A stretch of 64,000 nt of DNA, from positions 4,736,001 through 4,800,000 of the forward strand of contig OZ244561.1 in the NCBI GenBank assembly GCA_965217585.1, given 5' to 3'. Positions 55,101 through 63,425 of the stretch are shown piece by piece. The position numbers and the translations under genes were made by a program. Under the pieces are notes generated by a model. The model was not told the origin of the DNA and did no database searches. It saw only the letters and a list, made by a program, of their open reading frames with translations. Position 1 is the stretch's first letter, and each line of letters opens with the position of its first letter. Origin of the DNA: Candidatus Latescibacterota bacterium. Its GTDB lineage: Bacteria; Latescibacterota; UBA2968; UBA8231.

Positions 55101-55223
55101 GCCGGTGATAAGACGCGCGCTATGGCAGCGTTTGCTAAAGCGGTCGAAGCCGACCCCAAACATCGCAAGGCGCAGCAGATGCTCGCCGAATTGCGTCGAC
55201 GCGAGGCCCAAGGTGAGCGCTGA
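52140..55223 (+). CDS. CRTAC1/ASPIC-UnbV FG-GAP protein fused to C-terminal TPR array
   Basis: DYDNDGD repeats, FGLG...IAWPSG, then many TPR units (NNLGNIY, HYNLGNAY); start ATG 52140. Confidence 0.9.
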   Translation: MIIPNRLSTCIVALVCGCAVSDSPPVPAVRFVDATAAAGIDFVHTSGRSGRKYGVETIGSGAAFFDYNRDGWMDLYVVNGADLPGYVSAVLPQNALYRNDGGHFAEVGASLGVADAGYGMGASAGDYDNDGDADLFVTNFGRNRLYRNEGAAMDWAFADVTAAAGIGADERWSTGSSFVDCDLDGDLDLYVANYLHYEFERGELSAGGTLRWPRRHLAPTEYPGQRNALWRNDGGRFVDVTAEAGLLTREGRELGAVFFDCDLDGDPDLFQGNDATPNFLWRNDGGRFAEVGLVAGVAYNAGGKPEGTMGVDVADGDGDGRLDLAMTNFQWESNTLYHNAGGGMFADESLAAGIAANSLDKLAFGINFLDADNDGDPDLYMANGHIDEDIDRFDPQAAYGQSDQLYLNDGQGRFADASAAAGVAAPTRDLVGRGSAVADYDNDGDLDLFLVNTGQRALLWRNDTQAGHYLALALEGRTSNRDGYGARVVVRVDGRTLVAEKRSAASYLSQNDARMFFGLGSSEEAEQVEIAWPSGLRQVLTGVRAGQVLRVVEPDTSAPQEAADAAIAPAVPQGGDTEDLEQFWRQAPLVLPEKTRAPLPPAVPLSELRAAVRAQPEVAAVHIELAAALARDRAYDEAEASYRRALQLDAGAAQAYVGLGWLYADRGALRQAVGALRQALVIDSTLAEPHYVLGNIHLRQQRLAAAVPFYECAIALSPRYLQAYFNLAGLHARQTDYGPAIAVLRQGLAALPEEVELMLQLARIHFAQAQYEDALAQLASVVQTQPARAEAHELTAQIWMAREDADAARAALQQGLEHAPNSAALLGRLGILLLQEGTDAEAIPLLQRALAADPDRAEVYYHLGQALLRRGTAVRGRQLLDYFHSLQQEHQKLLAHKTAVVLNPNDADAYYKLGAVYARIGRYEAASQAYQAALAVAPGHLDARNNLGNIYLRRRALGLAIAAYQEVLRRDPHYARAHYNLGNAYLLAGDKTRAMAAFAKAVEADPKHRKAQQMLAELRRREAQGER

Positions 55224-55659
55224 GCGGCGGCAGCTCGGCGTGGGGCTGGTGGCCGCGCGCGTTGGGTTGACGCTGGCTCTCGTCGCGCCACTCGGAATGT
55301 TGCTGGGGACCTGCTTCCCGGCCTGCCTGCGCTTGGGTGGTTCGCAACATGCAGGACTGGTCCCTTGGCTATGGGCCGTCAATGGTTTCTTCTCGGTGCT
55401 CGGTTCGGTCGGGGCTGTGGCTTTGGGCATGGAGTGGGGAGCGAGCGCATCGCTGGCGGTCGGCGCGGCCGCGTATGTGGCGGTGGGGACGGCGCTCTTT
55501 TTTGGCAGCCGCCGAACTTCCTCGGGCGAGGAGGTGGTCCGGCCGGCCGATGTGGGCCGCTGGGCGGTGGGTGCTCTGCTCTTGGTTGCGCTGCTGTGGT
55601 ATGCGGCCTTTAGCTTTATCGGCGCGCGCTATTGGGGCTTTTCAGGAGCGTCCCCATGA
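55213..55659 (+). pseudogene. Probable truncated C-terminal membrane portion of a fused MFS/spermidine-synthase-like protein
   Basis: PLGMLLGTCFP...VPWLWAVNGFFSVLGSV matches the C-terminal motif of much longer proteins as I recall them; only ~148 aa from GTG 55213. Confidence 0.55.
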
Positions 55660-56321
55660 ACGCACCCGCCGATTCCTATCCTCTCCGCTTTGACGTCGAT
55701 TATCCCGACCGGCCTCTCAGTCGCCTCACGACCTTCTTCCGGCTGTTTACCGTCATTCCTATTTTTATCGTCTTGGCCAGCATAGACGCCAGTTTTACTA
55801 TGCAGTACTTCTCCGATACCTTTTTCGGATGGGACCAAGACAAAGGCTGGAATCGGGGAGCTTCCAGCGGCCTTGGCCTACTCTTTGTCCCGGCCCTGCT
55901 CATGCTGCTCTTCCATCGCAAGTACCCTCGCTGGTGGTTCGACTGGAACCTTGAACTCCTGCGCTTCTCCTCCCGAGTTTCGGCCTATCTCTCGCTGCTG
56001 CGCGACGAATATCCCTCCACCGACGAGGAACAGGCCGTCCACCTCGATATCGATTACCCAGATGCCCAGCAAGATCTCAACCGCTGGTTGCCCCTAGTCA
56101 AGTGGTTTTTGGCCATTCCCCACTACATCGTCCTAACCCTGCTCGGGGTCGTGGTTTTGCTCTGCCTTATCGGAGCTTGGTTCGCCATCCTCTTCACCGG
56201 GCACTATCCTCGCGCCTTGTTCGATCTGATCATCGGTTTCAATCGCTGGTGGCTGCGCGTTATCGCTTACGCTTTCATCCTAGTAACCGACCAGTATCCG
56301 CCCTTCCGGCTATCCGACTAG
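55656..56321 (+). CDS. DUF4389 domain membrane protein
   Basis: Two repeats ending DEYP and DQYPPF; FLAIPHYIVL, WFAILFTGHYP. Confidence 0.88.
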   Translation: MNAPADSYPLRFDVDYPDRPLSRLTTFFRLFTVIPIFIVLASIDASFTMQYFSDTFFGWDQDKGWNRGASSGLGLLFVPALLMLLFHRKYPRWWFDWNLELLRFSSRVSAYLSLLRDEYPSTDEEQAVHLDIDYPDAQQDLNRWLPLVKWFLAIPHYIVLTLLGVVVLLCLIGAWFAILFTGHYPRALFDLIIGFNRWWLRVIAYAFILVTDQYPPFRLSD

Positions 56322-56328
56322 GACGCTT

Positions 56329-57327
56329 ATGCCCGCCTTTTCCAGCCTGCGCCTCGCCGCCCCGCCATCCTCTCGGGATGCTTGGGAAGCTCAACGTCCC
56401 GCTCTCTTGGGGGCCATGCAGCAGATCATGGGGCCTCTGCCTGGGCCGGAAAAGCGCGGGCCGCTCGATGTCCAAGTCCAAGAGGAAACAGACTGCGGCT
56501 CTTATACTCGTCGTCTCATTACCTACGTTTCTGAGCCGGACTGTCGGGTGCCAGCCTATTTGCTGATTCCACACGCCGCTCTACAATCTCCGGTGCCGGC
56601 TGTGCTTTGTCCCCATCCCACGGACGACCGCATCGGCCACAAGGTGGTCGTCGGCTTGGGTGGCCGAGCCAACCGCGCGTATGCGAGTGAACTAGCCCAA
56701 GCTGGCTTTGTTACCCTAGCTCCGGCCTATCCCTTGCTGGCGGACTATCGCACCGACTGGCGTGCTCTCGGCTATCAGTCGGGGACTATGAAGGCGATAT
56801 GGGACAATGTGCGCGGCCTCGATCTGCTGGCCGAACTGCCCTTTGTCGCAGGGGAGTCTTTCGCCTCCATCGGCCACTCCCTGGGCGGTCACAACTCGAT
56901 CTACACCGCGGTCTTCGACCCGCGTATCGCCGCTGTCGTCTCCAGTTGCGGCCTCGATTCCTATCAAGATTATATGGACGGCGATATCACGGGCTGGACT
57001 AGCGATCGCTACATGCCGCGCTTAAAGGACTATGTCCTATCGGATCTTCCGTTCGACTTCCACGATATGATCGCTGCGTTAGCACCGCGCCCTTGCTTCA
57101 TCTCCGCGCCTTTGGGCGACTCCAATTTCCGCTGGCGCAGCGTCGCTTCGGTGGTCGAAACCGCCCGAGCGGTGTACGATCTGTACGGTGCTGGCGAGGC
57201 CCTTCAAGTGGTCCATCCCGACTGCGGTCACGACTTTCCCGACGACATCCGGCAGCGGGCCTATCGGTTTATTGCCGAGGCATTGGGATGTTTGGGAGCT
57301 TTTGACGCGCGCGAGACGCGTAATTAG
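56329..57327 (+). CDS. Alpha/beta hydrolase (dienelactone hydrolase/acetyl xylan esterase-like)
   Basis: GHSLGG nucleophile elbow, VPAYLLIP, LAPRP, GHDFP. Confidence 0.88.
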   Translation: MPAFSSLRLAAPPSSRDAWEAQRPALLGAMQQIMGPLPGPEKRGPLDVQVQEETDCGSYTRRLITYVSEPDCRVPAYLLIPHAALQSPVPAVLCPHPTDDRIGHKVVVGLGGRANRAYASELAQAGFVTLAPAYPLLADYRTDWRALGYQSGTMKAIWDNVRGLDLLAELPFVAGESFASIGHSLGGHNSIYTAVFDPRIAAVVSSCGLDSYQDYMDGDITGWTSDRYMPRLKDYVLSDLPFDFHDMIAALAPRPCFISAPLGDSNFRWRSVASVVETARAVYDLYGAGEALQVVHPDCGHDFPDDIRQRAYRFIAEALGCLGAFDARETRN

Positions 57328-57357
57328 GTTCAATGGTAGTTACCAAGAGGATGAGGC

Positions 57358-58584
57358 ATGAGCGATAATCACCACAACTATCAGTTGCTATTGGCGAAAG
57401 CGGCGAGGCTTTACGAAAAGCATGGGGTCGGACGACCGGAACCATTCAATGTCTTCTCTTCTCTTCAAAATAAAAATGGGTACCTGAACGAGACTCTGCA
57501 CTCACGGTTTCTTTACGCACTGCTTGACTATAAGAAGCCGAGAGATGAAACCAGAGAAAACCTGAAGGACTTCTTGCAGCATGTTGGCATAAAGAATTTT
57601 GAACTATGCGGCGTAAAGGTCGAGCCGGAGTGCGACGACATTGATATCCTGATTATCAACGCTGACAAAAAGGCAGTGGTGATTGAGAACAAAATCAAGG
57701 CCGTAGATCAACCTAAGCAACTACAGAGATACTACGAAAAATTAAAAAAACAGGGTTACGGTGACAGGGACATACATCTACTGTACCTGACGCTTTATGG
57801 CCACCATCCTTCCAAGGATAGTGCCGGCGACCGGCTCTACAAAACCATTTCCTACAAGGACGATCTTTCGCCTTGGTTAGAACGTTGCCAAAAACGCGCC
57901 TACGACGAACCCGAATTGCGAGAGTCGGTCATACAATACTTACAGCTTGTCCGAAGGCTGACAGGCACAGACTTCTGGGGGAAGTATATGAGTGACTTAA
58001 AGAAACTTTGTTTGGAGGACAACAACCTCGTTCTAGTCCATGACTTGAATGATGTTATGCTTGAAGCAATACGCGAGGCAATATGGAGCGAGATTGAAGC
58101 TGAGTTGAGATCAGAGGATATAGATTTTATCGATGTGGCAGTGAGCAAATATGGCCTAAGCTATGAACTAAACGAAGTTTCTCAGATACACGTTGGGGCT
58201 CATGGTGTAAATGGCCGTATCTGGTTTGGTGTGTATTGTTCCGAAAAGGATCACAAGCACAAGTACGACAAAATAAAAAAATCACTGGAGAGCTTCTTAA
58301 GTGGTGGAGAACTAGACACTGAAAAGGAGTATCCTTGGTGGATATATGCTGATACAGGATATGTTGATACAGATCTAAACCTGAAGAATCCCACCCGAGA
58401 AGCCCTTGAGATCCTGTCGAACGAAGAGAAAAGGAAAAAGGTCGTGAGAAAGGTCGCCCAAGGCTTGCAAGAGCTTTTGGAGGTTATTGAAGATATTGCC
58501 ATGGTGAATGCAATAGAAGAAGGAGCAAAAACAGGGCTCGCTTCCAGAGAGCAGGTATTTAAAATTTTAAGGGGTCAAGAGTAA
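57358..58584 (+). CDS. PD-(D/E)XK nuclease family protein with antitoxin-like C-terminal tail
   Basis: ETLHSRFL, IDILI...VVIENKI...DQPKQLQRYY; low GC; tail LEVIEDIAMVNAIEEGAKTGLASREQVFKIL. Confidence 0.85.
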   Translation: MSDNHHNYQLLLAKAARLYEKHGVGRPEPFNVFSSLQNKNGYLNETLHSRFLYALLDYKKPRDETRENLKDFLQHVGIKNFELCGVKVEPECDDIDILIINADKKAVVIENKIKAVDQPKQLQRYYEKLKKQGYGDRDIHLLYLTLYGHHPSKDSAGDRLYKTISYKDDLSPWLERCQKRAYDEPELRESVIQYLQLVRRLTGTDFWGKYMSDLKKLCLEDNNLVLVHDLNDVMLEAIREAIWSEIEAELRSEDIDFIDVAVSKYGLSYELNEVSQIHVGAHGVNGRIWFGVYCSEKDHKHKYDKIKKSLESFLSGGELDTEKEYPWWIYADTGYVDTDLNLKNPTREALEILSNEEKRKKVVRKVAQGLQELLEVIEDIAMVNAIEEGAKTGLASREQVFKILRGQE

Positions 58585-58587
58585 AGT

Positions 58588-58854
58588 ATGAAGGTCGAAT
58601 TTAGCAACGGTTTTGCAAGGGATATCGGTCGTATCAGAAATCAATCTATTAGAGAGCGCATTGAAAAGGCGATAGAGCAAATCGAGAGAATAGATAATTT
58701 TACAGAAGCAAGTAATATTAAAAAACTACGTGCTGGTGGAAACCATTTCCGCATACGAGTCGGCGACTACAGACTTGGCTTTCGGTTGGAAAATGATACC
58801 GTAGTGTTCACGCGATGTCTGCCGCGCCGAAATTTTTACCAACAATTTCCCTAG
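58588..58854 (+). CDS. relE: RelE/ParE family toxin
   Basis: 88 aa, basic; IKKLRAGGNHFRIRVGDYRLGF, RRNFYQQFP. Confidence 0.9.
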   Translation: MKVEFSNGFARDIGRIRNQSIRERIEKAIEQIERIDNFTEASNIKKLRAGGNHFRIRVGDYRLGFRLENDTVVFTRCLPRRNFYQQFP

Positions 58855-58865
58855 CTCCTCACCTG

Positions 58866-60494
58866 ATGCTCAAGTTTCTTCTGCTTCTACTTCTTTTATC
58901 CGTCCCCCTCTACGCCAACCCTCGCTTCCATGACGCCACCCAAGAAGCGGGCATCGGCTTTGTCCACGTCAACGGAGCCAACGGCCATAAATTCGTCATC
59001 GAAACGATCGGCCCTGGAGGCGGTTTTTTCGATTACGACGGCGACGGTCGTCTCGACATCTATCTAATCAACGGAGCCGCCGTGCCTGGGACCGAATACG
59101 ATCCTGCGCCGCAAAACGCGCTCTACCGAAATAGAGGCGACGGCACCTTTGCCGATGTAACGGAGCACGCCGGTGTCGGCGACACGAGCTACGGCATGGG
59201 CTGCGCGGTCGGCGACACCGACAACGACGGCGACCTCGATCTGTACGTGACCAACTTCGGCGCGAATGTGCTGTATCGGAACGAGGGGGATGGCACGTTT
59301 GCGGATGTGACGGTCGCGGCCCAAGTCGGCGACGAGGGCTGGGGGGCGAGTGCCGCGTTTGCCGACATCGACCGCGACGGCTTCGTCGATTTATACGCGG
59401 GCAATTACCACAACTTTTCCTATGCCAATCACCGCGTCTGCGACGAGGGTGGCAGCGGTTTGCAACTCTATTGCGGCCCGGAGGCCTTTGACGGGGTGAC
59501 CGATGTGCTGTATCGGAACGAGGGCGACGGCACCTTTGCCGACATCACGGTCGCGGCCGGGTTGGGCAGCACCGAGGGCAAGGAGCTAGGCGTGGTTTTC
59601 GGCGACGTGGATCTAGACGGCGACCCAGATCTGTACTTGGCCAACGACAGGACCTTGAACTTCTTATATCTCAACGACGGCACCGGCCACTTTGCGGAAG
59701 AGGCGCTGCTAGCTGGAGTCGCGTACAACGAGGACGGCGATATCGAAGCGGGCATGGGCGTTGACATGGGCGACTACGACAACGACGGCGACCCAGACCT
59801 CTTCGTCACCAACTTTCAATGGGAGACTAATACCCTGTACAAGAACCTCGGCGACGGCACCTTTGTCGATGAAACTTTCCTAGCTGGGTTGGGCAAGGAC
59901 AGCATTGCCTACCTAGCGTGGGGGACGCGCTTTTTCGATGCCGACAACGACGGCGACCGCGACCTTTTCATCGCCAATGGCCACTTGGAAATCGATGTCG
60001 AGCAATACCAGAACGCGACCTTCCCCCAGCGGAATCAGCTCTTTCTCAACGTTGGTGACGGCCGCTTCAAGGAATACTCAGAGGACGGCGGTGCCCTGTC
60101 GTTGAAACGGGTCAGTCGCGGCGCGGCCTTTGGCGACTACGACGACGATGGCGATATCGACGTGCTAGTGGCCAATGTCGCCGTCCAGCCGACCTTGATG
60201 CGCAACGACGGCGCGAGTGGTCACTGGGTGCGCCTGCAGCTAGAAGGCCGCGACAGCAACCGCGCTGGTATCGGGACCCGCGTCGAAGTTACAAGCGGCG
60301 GGCGGGTGCAGACCGACGAAGTGCGCTCGGGTGCCAGCTACCTCTCGCAGAGCGATGTGCGACTGCACTTCGGGCTAGGAACGGCCACCAGCATCGAGCG
60401 CGTAGTCGTCTATTGGCCGAGCGGTCGGGTTGAGGAATACGCGAACTTAGGTGTAAACCAAGAGCATCTGCTCGTCGAAGGGGAGACGCGATGA
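58866..60494 (+). CDS. CRTAC1/ASPIC-UnbV FG-GAP protein, secreted
   Basis: Signal MLKFLLLLLLLSVPLYA; DxDxDGD repeats; LHFGLG...YWPSG. Confidence 0.92.
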   Translation: MLKFLLLLLLLSVPLYANPRFHDATQEAGIGFVHVNGANGHKFVIETIGPGGGFFDYDGDGRLDIYLINGAAVPGTEYDPAPQNALYRNRGDGTFADVTEHAGVGDTSYGMGCAVGDTDNDGDLDLYVTNFGANVLYRNEGDGTFADVTVAAQVGDEGWGASAAFADIDRDGFVDLYAGNYHNFSYANHRVCDEGGSGLQLYCGPEAFDGVTDVLYRNEGDGTFADITVAAGLGSTEGKELGVVFGDVDLDGDPDLYLANDRTLNFLYLNDGTGHFAEEALLAGVAYNEDGDIEAGMGVDMGDYDNDGDPDLFVTNFQWETNTLYKNLGDGTFVDETFLAGLGKDSIAYLAWGTRFFDADNDGDRDLFIANGHLEIDVEQYQNATFPQRNQLFLNVGDGRFKEYSEDGGALSLKRVSRGAAFGDYDDDGDIDVLVANVAVQPTLMRNDGASGHWVRLQLEGRDSNRAGIGTRVEVTSGGRVQTDEVRSGASYLSQSDVRLHFGLGTATSIERVVVYWPSGRVEEYANLGVNQEHLLVEGETR

Positions 60495-61861
60495 GGGCCC
60501 TGCTAATCTGCCTCGCGCTATACGCCTGCGCGGAGGAAAGTCCGCAAAAAAAAGTGCGTCCCGGCGCGGCCATGGACGCCGAAGTGCTCTTTGCGCGCGG
60601 TACCGCGCTCGCCTCCGAGGGCCGCCATACCGAGGCCATCGACGCCTACCAGCAGGCCGCCGCGCTCGCGCCTAGGTCCGTCAAGGTTCACTACAACCTC
60701 GGCAATGCCTACGCGCGCCGGCTCGATTACCCCCGCGCGATTGCGGCCTATCAGCGCGTATTGGCGCTGGACTCGACGCACGTATCAGCGCGGCACAATC
60801 TCGCGGCGATGTACGTCAAACAGCTCAACTACGCCCAAGCCATTGACGAACACCGCCGGGTACTCGCGTTAGACCCCGGCCATCTGACGACCTACTACGA
60901 CCTCGGCTACATCTACTTCTTGCGCGGCGAGTACGGCGAGGTGGAAACGCTGCTACAAGCGGGTCTGGATCGCGACTCGACCAATGCCTCCTTCTACCGG
61001 CTCTTGGGCCGGACGCGCCTGAAGGAACTCGACTTTGAGCGGGCCGCGGCCGCCCTGACACGCGCCGTCGCGCTGGATAGCACGGACGCAGCCGCGTACG
61101 TCGATCTGGCGCAGGTGGAACTCAAGCGGCGCGAGTACGCGGCGGCTGAACGCGCCGTCCGCCGCGCCATCGCACTTGACCCCCTGTTCAAGGAGGCGTA
61201 TTTCGCGCTGGCCAATGCTCTCAAGCGGCTCGGCCGCCGCGAGGAGAGCACCGAAGTGCTGGCGCAGTTTCGGGCGCTCGACCAGCAGTTCGACAAAATC
61301 GACGACCAGCTGCGGATGCTGGGCAATGTGCCCGACGACCACGAGGCGCGAGCGCAACTGGGCCTGCTGTACACCGAGCAGGGTCGCTTGGCCGAAGCGG
61401 CCGAAGCGTATCGGCTGGCCGTGCGCCTCGCACCGGACAGCCTGCGCTACCGCAACAACTTAGGCAACCTCTACCTGCGCTTGGGCCAATTCGTCGAGGC
61501 CGTCGCCGAGTATCAAGCCGCGCTGGCCTTGGACCCAGAATACGCCAAGGCCCACTACAATTTGGGTCAGGCCTACATGCGCTTGCAGCGCTTTGACGAG
61601 GCCGTAGCGAGCCTCGCCGAAGCGCGTCGCCGCGCCCCAGAAGACGCGGAAACCCATTACTTTTTGGGGCTGCTACACGCGCGGGCCGGCGACTACGCCG
61701 AGGCCGCCGAGATGCTGACCGTCGCGGTGGCGGCGCGGCCAGACTGGCTCGACGCGCGGCAGAAGTTGGCCGTGGCGTACTTGAAGTCTGGCAAGGTAGA
61801 AGAAAGCAAGCGAGAGTTGGAGGCGATCCGGCAAATGAAAGAGAGCGGGCAGCATGAATAA
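60491..61861 (+). CDS. TPR-repeat lipoprotein
   Basis: LYAC lipobox; HYNLGNAY, NNLGNLY and HYNLGQAY units. Confidence 0.9.
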   Translation: MRALLICLALYACAEESPQKKVRPGAAMDAEVLFARGTALASEGRHTEAIDAYQQAAALAPRSVKVHYNLGNAYARRLDYPRAIAAYQRVLALDSTHVSARHNLAAMYVKQLNYAQAIDEHRRVLALDPGHLTTYYDLGYIYFLRGEYGEVETLLQAGLDRDSTNASFYRLLGRTRLKELDFERAAAALTRAVALDSTDAAAYVDLAQVELKRREYAAAERAVRRAIALDPLFKEAYFALANALKRLGRREESTEVLAQFRALDQQFDKIDDQLRMLGNVPDDHEARAQLGLLYTEQGRLAEAAEAYRLAVRLAPDSLRYRNNLGNLYLRLGQFVEAVAEYQAALALDPEYAKAHYNLGQAYMRLQRFDEAVASLAEARRRAPEDAETHYFLGLLHARAGDYAEAAEMLTVAVAARPDWLDARQKLAVAYLKSGKVEESKRELEAIRQMKESGQHE

Positions 61862-63425
61862 GCGTTGGCTGGGAACGGCACTTTGTTCGGCGCTGGTCGG
61901 CCTAAGCGGCTGCGCCGAGGACGGCCCGGCCGTGGCCGCTGAAGATGCCGTCTTGGTGGAGGTGGGGCAAACGGCGATTCGGGTGGCGGACTACCGCCAG
62001 TACATCGCGCGGGTGGCACCGGAATTGCGGGCGGAGTACGGGGCCGATCAGTTCTTGGAAGCCATCGTCGAGCAAGCGCTGCTCGTGCAGGAAGCCGAGC
62101 GGCGAGGCTTGGGCAAGAGCGCGGAGTTTTTGCAATGGCTAGCGCAGGCGCAGGCGCGGCTGGTGCAGCAGGCCTTGTACGAGCGCGCCGGAATCGTCCA
62201 GCCCGAGGTCGCCGAGGAGGAGCTATGGGCTTACTTCCAGCACAGCCCGCACAACCGCCGCGTGCGCTTCAGCCTGCTGATGGTGCGCGACCAAGAGCAG
62301 CTACCGGGGATTTTGGCCGCACTCGCCGAGGGCGCGGACTTTGAGCAGCTGTCGATGCAGCACTCGCAGGATTCGCGAATTCTAGAGCGCCGCGCCGACA
62401 TGGGCTATCACCGCTGGGGCGAGACCATGGCCTCGCACGCCGCCCTGACCGAAAGGGCCTTCTCCATGCAGATCGGGGAGATCTCCGAGCCGATGCAGGT
62501 GGCCGATGGGTACTTTCTCATCAAGCTCACGGACATGCACCCGGTCAGCTTTGAGCAGGAGCGGGAGACCATCCAGCGCTTGGTGCTGCGGGAAAAGCTC
62601 GGGCGGCAGCTATTGGCTTATTACGATACCCTGCACGTGCGCTATAATGTGCGCTACGAGCCGGACGGGCTGGCGGCGGACCGGTCGCCAGAGGCCGTCG
62701 TGGCCGCGTACGACGGCGGGGTGCTAACGGTCGCCCAGGCCCGCGAACTGCTAAAGGGCCAGGGTGCGAGCGAGAAGGTGCTGCGGCGCGAGGTCGGGCG
62801 GCGCGTGTTGGTCCCGCTCGAAACCGCGCGACTCGCGCTCGCTACCGACCTGGACCTGCAGCGCGAACTGGAGCGACTACGGCAGGTGCAGCTTGCGCGG
62901 CGCTTGCAGGACGCGCTGCAAGAGCAGGTGCCACCGCCCAATCTCAACGGCCTGAGCCTGTTTTACGAGGAGCACAAGCTCCGCTACACCGCGCCAGCCG
63001 AGGTGGAGGTGCGTCGGCTCCTCGCCGGCGACGAGACCGAGGGCACCGCCATCGTCGAGCGGATGCGCGCCGGCCGCGATACGACTGAGCTAGTCGACCG
63101 CTTCGTCAGCGTGATCTACGGCAGCGGTGCGCTGGAGGGCGACAATCCGGTCGGCCGCGCCCTGCGCGCCGACGAAGGGACTTTCCACGGTCCTTTTGCC
63201 ACGGATAATGGTTATATTGTCTTACAGGTGTTGCGCCGCCGCCCGCCCCGACTGCCGCCACTGGACGAAATCCGCGAGCAGGTAGAGGCGGATTGGGCGG
63301 CGGCCCAGCTCCAAGCTGCGGTCAAGACGCTGGCCGCGTCCCTGCGTCAGCGCCGCGCCAACGAAATCCGCTTCAGCCCAGACGCTGTAGCACTAGCCCT
63401 TTTGGCCACTCCTCATGGCGAATAA
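61854..63425 (+). CDS. PpiC-type peptidyl-prolyl isomerase lipoprotein
   Basis: LSGC lipobox; GADFEQLSMQHSQD...DMGY; GEISEPM...GYFLIKL. Confidence 0.85.
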   Translation: MNKRWLGTALCSALVGLSGCAEDGPAVAAEDAVLVEVGQTAIRVADYRQYIARVAPELRAEYGADQFLEAIVEQALLVQEAERRGLGKSAEFLQWLAQAQARLVQQALYERAGIVQPEVAEEELWAYFQHSPHNRRVRFSLLMVRDQEQLPGILAALAEGADFEQLSMQHSQDSRILERRADMGYHRWGETMASHAALTERAFSMQIGEISEPMQVADGYFLIKLTDMHPVSFEQERETIQRLVLREKLGRQLLAYYDTLHVRYNVRYEPDGLAADRSPEAVVAAYDGGVLTVAQARELLKGQGASEKVLRREVGRRVLVPLETARLALATDLDLQRELERLRQVQLARRLQDALQEQVPPPNLNGLSLFYEEHKLRYTAPAEVEVRRLLAGDETEGTAIVERMRAGRDTTELVDRFVSVIYGSGALEGDNPVGRALRADEGTFHGPFATDNGYIVLQVLRRRPPRLPPLDEIREQVEADWAAAQLQAAVKTLAASLRQRRANEIRFSPDAVALALLATPHGE

